Made by a program: the position numbers and the translations under genes. Of a stretch of 64,000 bases of DNA, positions 43,151 through 53,907 are shown piece by piece (positions within the stretch are counted from its first letter, which is position 1; every line of letters begins with the position of its first letter). The notes below the pieces were generated by a model, which did not search any database, was not told the DNA's origin, and saw nothing but the letters and a program-made list of their open reading frames with translations. Where the stretch lies: positions 15,888 to 79,887 of the forward strand of contig CATKCE010000135.1 in NCBI GenBank assembly GCA_949744905.1. The letters are read 5' to 3'. This DNA comes from an uncultured bacterium (GTDB taxonomy: Bacteria; Bacillota; Clostridia; Christensenellales; Pumilibacteraceae).

Positions 43151-44140
43151 GTGACAAAGACCAAAGACGCAATACTGGCATATCTCAAAAAACGCGGCGG
43201 CTACGTATCGGGCGAAACTTTGGGCGAAACTCTGAATATAAGCCGCACCGCAGTCAACTCCGCCGTAAACGCGCTTAGACTCGACGGATACGAAATATCC
43301 TCCTCAACCAATAAAGGATATTGTATAGTCGGATCCCCCGACAAAATAAACCTCGGCGAGATGCTTGCGCTTTTACCCGCCGAAAGAGTAAACGACATAT
43401 TGTTTTTAGACAGCGTGGATTCCACAAACAACCGCCTGCACGAATTGGCGGTAAGCGGCGCGCCCGCGGGTCAAACCGTAATAGCGGAATCGCAGACCGC
43501 GGGTCGCGGCAGATACGGACGCTCTTTCGCCTCTCCCGGTAAAGGCGTTTATTTGTCGATGCTCATGCGTCCGCGGTTTACGCAACCCGCCGCCGCGTCA
43601 ACGCTTACGGCATGGGTTGCGGTCGCGATATGCAATGCCGTGCAAAAAGCCTGCGGCGTACGTCCCGGCATAAAATGGGTAAACGATCTCGTGCTTAACG
43701 GCCGCAAAATATGCGGCATACTCACCGAGACCACGGTGGAGAGCGAAACCGGACACATACGGCACGTCATAGTGGGCGCGGGCATAAACGTTAACGAATG
43801 CGAAAACGACTTTCCGCCCCAATTGCGCGACACCGCCACATCTCTGTTTGCCGAGACCGGCAAACAATTCGATAGGGCGCGACTGGCGGCCGATATCATT
43901 ACGGAACTCGACGCGCTGGGCGCCGACTGGCCGGATGCGAAAACGCCTTATCTCGATGCGTACAGAAAAGACTGCGTAACGATAGGAAAATACATACGGC
44001 TTTCCGGCTCGGAAGAACGTGCTGGCTACGCCCTCGGTATCGACGACGACTTCGGACTTATCGTAAGGCTCGACGACGGCACGGTCAAAACCGTGACAAG
44101 CGGCGAAGTATCGGTACGCGGAATGTACGGTTACGTATAA
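43151..44140 (+). CDS. birA: bifunctional biotin-[acetyl-CoA-carboxylase] ligase / biotin operon repressor
   Basis: N-terminal HTH (GETLGETLNISRTAVNSAVNALRLDGYEI) plus a ligase core (QTAGRGRYGRSF, KWVNDL). GTG start with GGAGA SD. The promoter TTTACA-17-TATAAT lies upstream. Confidence 0.92.
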   Translation: MTKTKDAILAYLKKRGGYVSGETLGETLNISRTAVNSAVNALRLDGYEISSSTNKGYCIVGSPDKINLGEMLALLPAERVNDILFLDSVDSTNNRLHELAVSGAPAGQTVIAESQTAGRGRYGRSFASPGKGVYLSMLMRPRFTQPAAASTLTAWVAVAICNAVQKACGVRPGIKWVNDLVLNGRKICGILTETTVESETGHIRHVIVGAGINVNECENDFPPQLRDTATSLFAETGKQFDRARLAADIITELDALGADWPDAKTPYLDAYRKDCVTIGKYIRLSGSEERAGYALGIDDDFGLIVRLDDGTVKTVTSGEVSVRGMYGYV

Positions 44141-44196
44141 CCTTATAAACGATAAAACACCTCCAAAAAGATCGGGAGGTGTTTTTTAATGCTTTT

Positions 44197-44823
44197 TTAC
44201 TGTTTTTGAAATTTGCCGTCCTTTTTGTGGACTACGAGATTGGCGTTGTATTTTTTGCATAAAGCGCGAGCCACCGTCATAGCTTCTTCTTTGGTATCCA
44301 CTCTGCGCACGGCTCTGTCCACACCCTCTCTCTTTACTACCCAGCTGTCTTTGGCGCGGTCGTATTTTACTATGAACTTGATATTGCCGCCGCTTTGAGA
44401 TATTACGGAAGTATTGTTGTAATAACTCACTTTGCGGGCAAACCGTTCTATCTCGTCGTCACGATCGAAAGTCTTTTTATCCGGTCTTACAGGCTCGGGT
44501 TCGGTTTCGGACTCCGGTCCGGCTATCTCGGTAGTTTCGGTCCCGTCGTCGGGAATATCGCCGAACAGTTCTTTACTGCCGGTCACCGGAGCGAAAAGCT
44601 GCTCGTTGCGGACCTTATTGCGCTCTATTTCAAGTTGGGTGCGGGTGCTTTTTATCTCTTTTTTAAGTTTGCGGATGCGTTTGTTTTTGCAGGCGATAAC
44701 GATAAACAATATAACTATAAGCAATACTATGGCCGCGGCGAAAATAGCCCACAAATATCCGCCCACTTTATCGTTGACGGTCCTAAGAAAGTCACCGAAC
44801 TTGCTTGCTAAAAGATGCTCCAT
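44197..44823 (-). CDS. membrane-anchored protein with C-terminal DUF2188 domain
   Basis: TM, then a coiled/basic segment, an acidic linker, then KYDRAKDSWVVKREGVDRAVRRVDTKEEAMTVARALCKKYNANLVVHKKDGKFQ (DUF2188 pattern). Confidence 0.7.
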   Translation of the reverse strand: MEHLLASKFGDFLRTVNDKVGGYLWAIFAAAIVLLIVILFIVIACKNKRIRKLKKEIKSTRTQLEIERNKVRNEQLFAPVTGSKELFGDIPDDGTETTEIAGPESETEPEPVRPDKKTFDRDDEIERFARKVSYYNNTSVISQSGGNIKFIVKYDRAKDSWVVKREGVDRAVRRVDTKEEAMTVARALCKKYNANLVVHKKDGKFQKQ

Positions 44824-44848
44824 TTTCGCCTCCCGCCTTTATTTTACA

Positions 44849-45469
44849 TCAAACGAAATCTCTCGCTATCTCTCCGAGCGCGTTGTAAAGAGGGGAAGTG
44901 TTCATGCGAAGACGCACCGGCGTTACGCGGTATTCCTCAGCTTCGGGATTGGCTGTTCCGTCCATTTCGGAAAGGTAAAGATACAACGTTACCCAGCGCA
45001 ACTCGCCGTCGGTGGTCTTGACGTTCATCATCATGCGGTCGTACTTTACGGTTTCGCCTTTGACCTTGTACTCCTTTACGGAGCCGTATTCGAATTCCAA
45101 CTTGTACGATTCCGCACTTGCGGCAACCGCGGCGCGTGCTTCGACTATCGTAAGCTCTTTATTTACTTTGTCGCCGTCCTCGTTTTTGACTTTTATGAAT
45201 TCAGGTCCGTAACTGCCGACGAATTCAAGCGTTGCGTGCATTACCGAAAATCCGGTATCTTCGAGGTTTTTATCGAGCTTTTTCTTGTAAGTATTCATTA
45301 CGGTCTCGTCGGGCAGCGTGCCGGACGCTATTCCGATGCGAACAGTCTTGTAATCTTTGAAGTCGCTTAGCGGACGAACCGTGATACAGCAAAGGATGAT
45401 TACCGCAATAAGTATTGCGCCCACTACCGACGAAACTACGATGACGGGTATCTTGACCTTGTTTTTCAT
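44849..45469 (-). CDS. hypothetical membrane-anchored protein
   Basis: N-terminal TM, 206 aa, AAGGAAGG SD, directly downstream of ftsH. Confidence 0.6.
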   Translation of the reverse strand: MKNKVKIPVIVVSSVVGAILIAVIILCCITVRPLSDFKDYKTVRIGIASGTLPDETVMNTYKKKLDKNLEDTGFSVMHATLEFVGSYGPEFIKVKNEDGDKVNKELTIVEARAAVAASAESYKLEFEYGSVKEYKVKGETVKYDRMMMNVKTTDGELRWVTLYLYLSEMDGTANPEAEEYRVTPVRLRMNTSPLYNALGEIARDFV

Positions 45470-45506
45470 TGTTTGCTTTCCTTCCTTTTTCTTTTAACGC
45501 AAAAAC

Positions 45507-47501
45507 TTATGCGGTTTTATCGTTATTGTACTTTTTCGCAAGACGTGCATCGAGCGCGTCGCGCACTTCTTCGTAAGACTTGCCGTCCATTATCATGTCC
45601 ACTTCTTCGGTATATATAGTCTCACGTTCTATAAGCAGACGCACCATGCAGTCCATTATCTTGCGGTGTTCGGTCAATTTTTTTACCGCCTCTTTGTGTG
45701 CGGTCTCGACAAGTGCCGCCACGGCGTCGTCTATTTTGGTGGCTACGGTCTCGCTGTAAGTGTGAGTGGACTGGTAATCGCGTCCCAAGAACACTTCCTG
45801 GTTGGAGCCGTAATACACGGGGCCGAGTTCCGACATGCCCCATTCGGTTACCATTTTACGCGCTATGTCCGTAGCGTGCTTTATATCGCCCACCGCACCG
45901 GTAGTGATATCTTCTATAACCAGTTCTTCCGCCGCTCTGCCGCCCATGCTCATGGCGAGATTGGCTTTCAGTTTTCCGATAGTCATGTGGTTGTCGTCCG
46001 ATTCGGGACGGGTCATAGTGTAGCCCGCCGCCTGGCCGCGGGGAATTATGGATACTTCGTGAACCGGGTCGCACATGGGTTCCAAGCGCGCCACAATGGC
46101 GTGACCCGCCTCGTGGTACGCCGTTATGCGCTTATCCACTTCGGTAACCAGCCGCGACTTTTTCTGCGGCCCCATCACCACTTTGTTTATGCCCTCGTAA
46201 AGGGCCTCCATGCTTATCTGCGTGCGGTTGTCGCGCGCGCAAAGAATTGCCGCCTCGTTTAGCAGATTGGCTATCTCGGCACCGGAAAATCCGCTTGTAA
46301 TGCGCGCAAGCACCTGGAAGTCCACGTCGGGAGAAATGGGCTTGTTGCGGGCGTGCACCTTGAATATGGCTTCTCTGCCGCGCACGTCGGGAATATTAAC
46401 GTATATCTGACGGTCGAATCTTCCGGGACGCAACAACGCGGGATCGAGTATATCCGCACGGTTGGTCGCCGCCATCACTATTACGCCGTCGTTGGTCTCG
46501 AAACCGTCCATCTGCACCAGCAACTGGTTAAGCGTCTGTTCGCGTTCGTCGTGTCCGCCGCCCAGCCCCGCGCCGCGCTGACGTCCCACGGCGTCGATCT
46601 CGTCAATGAATATGATGCACGGCATGTTCTTTTTCGCCTGGTCGAACAAGTCGCGGACTCTGCTTGCGCCCACGCCCACGAACATCTCCACAAAGTCCGA
46701 GCCGGATATAGAGAAGAACGGAACGTTGGCTTCGCCGGCAACGGCTTTTGCAAACAGGGTTTTACCCGTGCCGGGAGGTCCTACGAGCAATACGCCCTTG
46801 GGTATACGCGCGCCCACGTCGGTGAATTTTTTGGGAGATTTCAAGAACTCCACTATCTCGGCAAGCTCCTGCTTTTCCTCGTCGGCGCCGGCAACGTCGG
46901 TAAAGCGCACTTTAAGGTTTGCCTGCGCGTTAGCCTTGCTCTTGCCGAAGTTCATAGCCTGCTTATTCTGCCCGCCCATACTGCGGAAAAGGAAAAACGC
47001 CATCACGCCTATGAGCACGATGCCTATAATGGGATAAAGTATGTTCCAAATGCTTCCGGCGTTGCGGTCGTTGAAACTGACCGAAATTTCGGGAAGTTCG
47101 GCGTATACCGCGGCTACCGCCTTATCTATCGCCGCCTGCAATTCCTCTTCGGAAGCGGTTCCCTCCATTTTATCGCGCACTTCCGCCTCGGCTTTCGCAG
47201 CTTTCGAAGCGCGCATTTCTTTATAATCGCTTAAAAGATCTTGCATAAAAAGATCGCGCGAGTAAGCGTACTCGTCGTAATCTTTACGCGTCCTTTTGTT
47301 GTGCCCTTTTACGTATTTTACGCTAACTTTGTCGTTATTGATATTCAGCTTTTCGACGTCGCCGTTCATTACCGCGGCTTCCACCGAACTGAAATCGGTA
47401 CGCGTGGCGTTATTAAGCGTAGTAGTCACTATCAAGGCGATTATCGCGAATACCACCAAAAACGATATTACCGCTATAATGCCTTTCGTGCTCGACTTCA
47501 A
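45507..47501 (-). CDS. ftsH: ATP-dependent zinc metalloprotease FtsH
   Basis: Walker [12 protein letters not shown] region, zinc motif [11 protein letters not shown] start with GGAGG SD. Confidence 0.95.
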   Translation of the reverse strand: MKSSTKGIIAVISFLVVFAIIALIVTTTLNNATRTDFSSVEAAVMNGDVEKLNINNDKVSVKYVKGHNKRTRKDYDEYAYSRDLFMQDLLSDYKEMRASKAAKAEAEVRDKMEGTASEEELQAAIDKAVAAVYAELPEISVSFNDRNAGSIWNILYPIIGIVLIGVMAFFLFRSMGGQNKQAMNFGKSKANAQANLKVRFTDVAGADEEKQELAEIVEFLKSPKKFTDVGARIPKGVLLVGPPGTGKTLFAKAVAGEANVPFFSISGSDFVEMFVGVGASRVRDLFDQAKKNMPCIIFIDEIDAVGRQRGAGLGGGHDEREQTLNQLLVQMDGFETNDGVIVMAATNRADILDPALLRPGRFDRQIYVNIPDVRGREAIFKVHARNKPISPDVDFQVLARITSGFSGAEIANLLNEAAILCARDNRTQISMEALYEGINKVVMGPQKKSRLVTEVDKRITAYHEAGHAIVARLEPMCDPVHEVSIIPRGQAAGYTMTRPESDDNHMTIGKLKANLAMSMGGRAAEELVIEDITTGAVGDIKHATDIARKMVTEWGMSELGPVYYGSNQEVFLGRDYQSTHTYSETVATKIDDAVAALVETAHKEAVKKLTEHRKIMDCMVRLLIERETIYTEEVDMIMDGKSYEEVRDALDARLAKKYNNDKTA

Positions 47502-47675
47502 TCTATTTACCTCCGAAATACTTTAACGGCTGAGCCGTAAAACTTTCCATTATTACTATGGTAGTACATAGTATACCACAGTTACCGCCACGATATCAAG
47601 CAAATTTTGGTATTTTACTTTTTTACGCATGGCTTATATTCTTTTGAACCGACGAAATTTTTATATGCGCAAGCC

Positions 47676-47704
47676 TTGCATGTTTTGCATTAAAATGATA
47701 TAAT
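47676..47704 (+). promoter_or_regulatory. promoter TTGCAT-17-TATAAT ending 6 nt before the ATG at 47711 (leaderless-type)
   Basis: TTGCATgttttgcattaaaatgaTATAATcgtgttATG. No SD. Confidence 0.55.
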
Positions 47705-47710
47705 CGTGTT

Positions 47711-48559
47711 ATGAGTACCTTGTATACGGTTTTGGGTCTACCCGAAACGGCAACCGACGAACAGATTAAGCAGGCGTACCGCGCACTTGCCAAAAAGTAT
47801 CACCCCGATTTGCATCCCGGCGACACCGAGACCGCCAAAAAGTTTTCCGAAGTAAATCTTGCTATGGAAACTTTGGGCAACCCCGCAAAACGCAAAGAAT
47901 ACGACGACCGGCGCAAGGCGGAAAAGAAACAGGCCGAAGCACGGGCGGAAGCGGCGAAAGCCGCGGCGGCAAACGCTGCCGCCGCAAAAATGGCGGCGGC
48001 GCGCGCAGCAGCATCGTCGCGCCCTTATATGGGCACCGCGGCGGGAGCGCAGGCGGTAATAGGCGACACTTACCGTAAAGGATACAACGAGGGCTTTGCC
48101 GCGGGGCAAGCCGCCGCCATGAAGGAACGGAACTCCACCGCCGAAACATGGAAAAAAGCGGCGGATAATTGGAAGAAAGAAGCGGAAAAATATCAAGGAG
48201 ACGTGGATATACTAAAAACCGCTCTTGAAAAAGCCCGACAACGCGCCGCCGACGCCGAAGCGTCCGCGCGCCGGATGGAGGCTTCGCTGAGAGTCCAGAC
48301 AAGCGCCACCGAAGAAGCGCGCAGAGGAATAGACTCGGAGCTCGCCGCCAAAGAGACCTTGCGCGTATCTTACGAGGAAAAACTGAACGTAGAACGCGAG
48401 GCGCGCAAATACTCGGACGCCGATAAAGTACGGCTCAGCCGCGAAGTAGTGCGGCTCAAAGAAGAAAATTCGCTGTTGCGCGAAAAACTCGGCAAATACG
48501 AAAAATGCGACGAACCGGCGGAAGACGAGCCCGACGGCGGCGAAACTATCCTGCTATAA
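47711..48559 (+). CDS. J-domain (DnaJ N-terminal domain) protein with Ala-rich and coiled-coil C-terminal region
   Basis: LYTVLGLPETATDEQIKQAYRALAKKYHPDLHPGD contains the HPD motif. There is no Zn-finger or CTD of canonical DnaJ. Confidence 0.8.
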   Translation: MSTLYTVLGLPETATDEQIKQAYRALAKKYHPDLHPGDTETAKKFSEVNLAMETLGNPAKRKEYDDRRKAEKKQAEARAEAAKAAAANAAAAKMAAARAAASSRPYMGTAAGAQAVIGDTYRKGYNEGFAAGQAAAMKERNSTAETWKKAADNWKKEAEKYQGDVDILKTALEKARQRAADAEASARRMEASLRVQTSATEEARRGIDSELAAKETLRVSYEEKLNVEREARKYSDADKVRLSREVVRLKEENSLLREKLGKYEKCDEPAEDEPDGGETILL

Positions 48560-48574
48560 CGGTAACACAACGCT

Positions 48575-49804
48575 ATGACCGAAATGTATCCGAAATGTGA
48601 AAAAAATGTAAAACATACAAAAAACACCGACCTTTTGTTGCATTTGGTCGGTTTGTTTTCGGAAGCGCTGTCCGATAAGGGACTTTGCGGTCTTAAAAAG
48701 GCTTGCGCTTCCTCCGACCCCGTCGAAGTGGCGGACGGCGCCTCCGCCTTTTACCGCGAACTTCTAAGCGGCGGTCATAACGACGCGGCGCAATACCTTA
48801 CCGAAAAACTTCTCGAATCCGCAACGACATTCGGAAAGCAAGCCTCCGCCGGCAACGCCGAGCGACTCTTCGCCCGTGCGAATACCGAGCTTGGGATACT
48901 CAAAAGATTTATAGAGACGGATTGCCGCGAACTCAAAGAAAAACTTCCGGAGCACGCGCGGAAATATTTCCCCGAATGGAAAAGCGGCGTTTTCGACGTA
49001 TCGGCAAAACAACTTGGCGACGAATACGAAAAAAACGGATACGGCGCCGTGCGCGCGTCGCACTCTATGGTGTTAGACGAAAATACGGCGAAATTTACGC
49101 CGCTGAAAAACACCGATAACGTACGGTTGTCCGACTTAAAGGAATATGCCGAAGAAAAAACCGCCGCGGTCAACAATACGCTCGCTTTTATAGAGGGCAG
49201 GCCCGCCTGCAACGTCTTATTGTACGGCGACCGCGGAACCGGAAAATCCAGCACCGTGCACGCGCTTATAAACGAATTCGCTCCGCGCGGTCTGCGGCTT
49301 TTACAGATATCCAAATCGGCTATTCCTATGTTCCCCGCCATTAAAGAAAAGCTCGCGCTCTTTCCCAAACTGCGCTTTATCCTGTTTATAGACGACCTTG
49401 CTTTTGAAGAAAACGACGGGGCGTTCGCCGAACTTAAAGCCGCGCTGGAAGGCAGCATGGCTACCGCCGAAAACGCGCTAATTTACGTTACCACAAACCG
49501 CCGCCACCTTGTAAAGGAAAGCCGATCTTCCCGCTCGGGCGACGACGTGCACGTTTCCGACACCGCGGAAGAACAACTTTCGCTGTTCGACCGCTTCGGC
49601 CTTGTAATAACTTATCTCGCGCCCGACAAAAACGAATACGTATCTATACTGCGCCAGATCCTCGCCGACCGCGGGATAAACGTTGCGCCGCAAGCCGCCG
49701 CGCTCGCCGCCGAAAGATACGCCATAAAAAAAGGCGGCAGAAGCCCCCGTGCGGCAAAACAGCTTGCCGACATGATACAAAGCGGAACTATACCGGTAGA
49801 ATGA
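48575..49804 (+). CDS. DUF815-type AAA/P-loop ATP-binding protein with ~190-aa N-terminal extension
   Basis: NVLLYGDRGTGKSSTVHALINEF (Walker A) and FILFIDDL (Walker B). It starts 15 nt after the J-domain gene. Confidence 0.78.
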   Translation: MTEMYPKCEKNVKHTKNTDLLLHLVGLFSEALSDKGLCGLKKACASSDPVEVADGASAFYRELLSGGHNDAAQYLTEKLLESATTFGKQASAGNAERLFARANTELGILKRFIETDCRELKEKLPEHARKYFPEWKSGVFDVSAKQLGDEYEKNGYGAVRASHSMVLDENTAKFTPLKNTDNVRLSDLKEYAEEKTAAVNNTLAFIEGRPACNVLLYGDRGTGKSSTVHALINEFAPRGLRLLQISKSAIPMFPAIKEKLALFPKLRFILFIDDLAFEENDGAFAELKAALEGSMATAENALIYVTTNRRHLVKESRSSRSGDDVHVSDTAEEQLSLFDRFGLVITYLAPDKNEYVSILRQILADRGINVAPQAAALAAERYAIKKGGRSPRAAKQLADMIQSGTIPVE

Positions 49805-49821
49805 CCGCCGTGTAATAACTA

Positions 49822-49880
49822 CACAATAATATGAAAAGACGTCGGCAAAGCGTCCGCCGACGTCTTTTCATATTATTGTG
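49822..49880. terminator. bidirectional terminator: perfect 25-bp inverted repeat
   Basis: CACAATAATATGAAAAGACGTCGGCaaagcgtccGCCGACGTCTTTTCATATTATTGTG between the convergent DUF815 gene and ilvC. Confidence 0.75.
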
Positions 49881-49881
49881 A

Positions 49882-50910
<1,029 letters not shown>

Positions 50911-51051
50911 TTATTTCCAAGATATTGTCTCATTATACTGCCGCCGTAAGCACTTTGTCAATTTATTTAGATTAAAAACAGTACAAAATCATTTACAAAA
51001 ACATAAAGATATGATATCATTAAATCAACAATATGTAAGGAGGTAAAGGAC

Positions 51052-51273
51052 ATGGCTAAAAAAGGTGATTACTTCGGTTTGCCTTATATCGTAAGCGTTA
51101 TTCTTGCCATAATACCCGTTACTGCTTGGGTTTGCGGTTGGATCACTCGCTTCTCCGAGGGCAAAATCATAGCGGGAATCATACGCTTGATATTCGGCTT
51201 TACTATCGTTTGGATTATCGACTTGATCCTCATGATAGTCAGCAAGCATATCATGCGCCTTCTCCCCCTGTAA
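51052..51273 (+). CDS. small hydrophobic membrane protein (73 aa)
   Basis: Strong AAGGAGG SD, two or three TM segments, followed by a terminator hairpin (AAAAACAACG...CGTTGTTTTTTT). Confidence 0.6.
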   Translation: MAKKGDYFGLPYIVSVILAIIPVTAWVCGWITRFSEGKIIAGIIRLIFGFTIVWIIDLILMIVSKHIMRLLPL

Positions 51274-51349
51274 AATCTTACATTTAAGAAAAAAGAAAAA
51301 CAACGTCTTACGCATAAGCCGTTGTTTTTTTATTGACTTTATATGCTGT

Positions 51350-52243
51350 TTAACGTTTCTTTTTACGCGAAAACATATTCAAAAGCACGAATACGCCCAC
51401 CGTAATTACAACCGCGCCTACGACCATGCCGTACATTACGCCCATCGGCACAGAATGCCCGAAGAAATATACGTTGCAGTCGACGGCGTCGCGCATCCCC
51501 TTTATCGCCTCGGCGGGATATCCCAACGACTCCATTTCCGCTATCACTCCCGCAAGAGTATGGTTACGTAACAACGATGTGCCGTACGTACCGGGCAAAA
51601 ACGCCAGCGTATTGGACAGCGCCTTGCCGAAAAACGAAATAGGCATATACGCGCCGCAAATAAAGCCGTAACCGGCGCTGATGATAGTTCCGACGGCGGA
51701 CATCTGTCCCTGCGAAGAAAGAAAGAAGTTTATCACCGACGATAATCCCGTGCCGAACAAAGAAAGCAGGACCACGTCCAACAGCACCAGCATAACGTCG
51801 GCAAAGCTCATGTACCAACCCGTGCAAGCCACGTAAACAAGACAGAAGCCGGTCGCGATAAAGCAAATTATAAGAGTGGACGCGAACGAAGCCGCAAAAT
51901 ACGCCGCCGCTACCGTAGAACGCTTGACCGGCGATATGAGGATATCGCCGCGCGCCCCGTTTGTTTTATCCGCCACCATAAGCATATTCGCGCAAAAAGC
52001 CACGGTGACGCAGCAAACCGCAAGCAAAGAGGAAAACGACTGTCCGCTTACCGCCGCGCTTATAAGTTTATCCGGCGCGCCCTCGGGAAATATCGCCTCG
52101 AACGACTGGCGGAACACTTTTGCCAAAAACGTGGAATATAGCACCAACAGTATGAGCGGCGTAACAAGCGAAGTAAAAAACAACATTTTATCTTTGAAAA
52201 ACAGTTTGAGATTGCGCTTAGTAAGCGCAAGAAAAGTTTTCAC
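51350..52243 (-). CDS. ABC-2 type transporter permease
   Basis: 297 aa with 6 predicted TMs, 3 nt downstream of the ATPase gene. Confidence 0.8.
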   Translation of the reverse strand: MKTFLALTKRNLKLFFKDKMLFFTSLVTPLILLVLYSTFLAKVFRQSFEAIFPEGAPDKLISAAVSGQSFSSLLAVCCVTVAFCANMLMVADKTNGARGDILISPVKRSTVAAAYFAASFASTLIICFIATGFCLVYVACTGWYMSFADVMLVLLDVVLLSLFGTGLSSVINFFLSSQGQMSAVGTIISAGYGFICGAYMPISFFGKALSNTLAFLPGTYGTSLLRNHTLAGVIAEMESLGYPAEAIKGMRDAVDCNVYFFGHSVPMGVMYGMVVGAVVITVGVFVLLNMFSRKKKR

Positions 52244-52246
52244 CGC

Positions 52247-53167
52247 TTATTCCTCCTTCCCGAGCGCGGAGCCGGTCACAGCCAAAAACACGTCGTCCAT
52301 CTTTCCCTTTACCACTTCGTAATCGGTAAATACCGACGGATACTCGGTAATAAGTTTGGTCGCCGCAGCGGTGTCGGGCACGGCGATACGGTATGCGTCG
52401 CCGTTTTTCTCCGCTTTTACTCCCAAAAGCTCTATCTGTTGCTCGGTCGCTCCGTACAACGTTACAAAGTCGCCGGTATATTTGTTTTTAAGTTCAAGCG
52501 GAGTGCCCGACGCCACCTGGCGCCCTTCGCTCAATATCACCACGTAATCTGCGTCGGCGGCTTCTTCCATATAATGCGTGGTCAGGAATACCGTCATGCC
52601 CTCGTCTTTGCGCAACTTGTCCACTACTTGCCAAATCGTTTTCCGCGTTTGCGGATCGAGTCCCGTGGTGGGCTCGTCGAGTATAAGAAGTTTCGGTTTG
52701 TGCACAAGCGCGCGGGCGATATCTATACGCCTGCGCTGTCCGCCGGAAAGTTTGCCGACCGGTCTTTTTAACAGTGTTTGCAGGTCCAGCATTTTTGTAA
52801 GCTCGTCCAGTCTTTTATTAAAGCGTTCGCCGCAAATACCGTACAGCGCGGCGCGCGACGCAAGATTGTCGCGTACCGAAAGCGCCTTATCGAGAGCCGA
52901 CGACTGGAATACCACTCCGAGATTGCTCTTTATCGCGTCGGGATGTTTGTCGATATCGATACCGTCTATTACCACGGAACCGCTGTCTTTACAAAGTTGC
53001 CCGCACATCACCGATATCGTTGTGCTCTTTCCCGCGCCGTTCACTCCCAAAAAAGCGAACAGTTCGCCGCGACGCACCGATATACTGAGGTCGCGCACGG
53101 CTTTTACCTCTCCGAAAGACTTATTAAGTCCTTCTATTTTTATAATACAGTCCTTTTCGTTTTCCAT
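52247..53167 (-). CDS. ABC transporter ATP-binding protein (ABC-2 exporter type)
   Basis: Walker A GVNGAGKST, signature LSGGQRRR, Walker B LLILDEPT. I chose the start at MENEKDCIIKIEGL. Confidence 0.9.
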   Translation of the reverse strand: MENEKDCIIKIEGLNKSFGEVKAVRDLSISVRRGELFAFLGVNGAGKSTTISVMCGQLCKDSGSVVIDGIDIDKHPDAIKSNLGVVFQSSALDKALSVRDNLASRAALYGICGERFNKRLDELTKMLDLQTLLKRPVGKLSGGQRRRIDIARALVHKPKLLILDEPTTGLDPQTRKTIWQVVDKLRKDEGMTVFLTTHYMEEAADADYVVILSEGRQVASGTPLELKNKYTGDFVTLYGATEQQIELLGVKAEKNGDAYRIAVPDTAAATKLITEYPSVFTDYEVVKGKMDDVFLAVTGSALGKEE

Positions 53168-53183
53168 ATCTTTAATTATAGCA

Positions 53184-53191
53184 CCCCCCCC
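53184..53191. repeat. C8/G8 homopolymer tract inside a promoter-like spacer
   Basis: Minus strand reads TTGACTttcGGGGGGGGtgcTATAATtaaagatATG. The spacer is only 14 nt as sequenced. Confidence 0.8.
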
Positions 53192-53241
53192 GAAAGTCAA
53201 GCGTTTACGGACATACCCGCGCGGTGTTTTTCCGTCGACCG

Positions 53242-53832
53242 TCACAATATCTCCCACTCGCAGGTCACGCTCTCGGATATTTCTATCTGCTCGGGAGAAG
53301 CCGAAACGTTGTCCGCGCCGAACGCCGCCGCCCGCATGAGACGCGCGCCGCCGCCGAACTGTGCGGCATACTCCACGCCGGCAAGCCCGCCGAGCTTTAC
53401 TCCCGCGGCATCCGCTATCTGTACGGCGGAATCGCGAGCCTCGGACACCGCGCGTTTTATAAGAGCGTTTCGGTACGATCTGTCTTCAAGACGATATTGG
53501 CAACTCCATTCCGCGCCGCTTTTTTCAACAGCCTCCGTCACCGCATCGGTACGCTTATCGGAAACCGCCAACGATATCCTGCAATTTTCATAAGCGCAGA
53601 ATATTGTTTTTCCGTCGCGTTTATACGAACTTACCGATACGCCGCGCGATTTTATCTCGCCGTCCGAAAGTCCCGCCGCCGCAAGCAGACGCATGGCGCC
53701 GTCGGATTGCTTACGGAGCAGGTCCGACGCCTCCGAATGTTTTTTGCTCTCGGCATTGAATCTTATTTCCACGATAAGAGTGTCCGGTTCGAATTTTTCG
53801 CTTGCAGTTTGCGAAACCTTAATCGTTTTCAT
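53242..53832 (-). CDS. SIMPL (DUF541) domain protein
   Basis: I chose the start at MKTIKVSQTASEKFEPDTLIVEIRF (AAGGAG SD). This is the typical SIMPL N-terminal pattern with PD. Confidence 0.72.
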   Translation of the reverse strand: MKTIKVSQTASEKFEPDTLIVEIRFNAESKKHSEASDLLRKQSDGAMRLLAAAGLSDGEIKSRGVSVSSYKRDGKTIFCAYENCRISLAVSDKRTDAVTEAVEKSGAEWSCQYRLEDRSYRNALIKRAVSEARDSAVQIADAAGVKLGGLAGVEYAAQFGGGARLMRAAAFGADNVSASPEQIEISESVTCEWEIL

Positions 53833-53907
53833 ACTTTGCTCCTTTTTGGTCGATAAAACGCCCTTTTTTTGATACCGCGTATATTGTACCACATATAAAA
53901 TATATTT

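Noticed and set aside
51025-51315. 96-aa minus-strand ORF overlapping the 73-aa small membrane protein gene.
   Set aside because: The plus-strand gene has a strong AAGGAGG SD, clean TM helices and a downstream terminator. The antisense frame has none of these.
53168-53257. 30-codon N-terminal extension of the ABC ATPase (start at 53257), overlapping the SIMPL gene end.
   Set aside because: The extension is translated through the G8 tract and the promoter-like hexamers. ABC ATPases normally begin close to the beta-strand preceding Walker A (MENEKDCIIKIEGL...).
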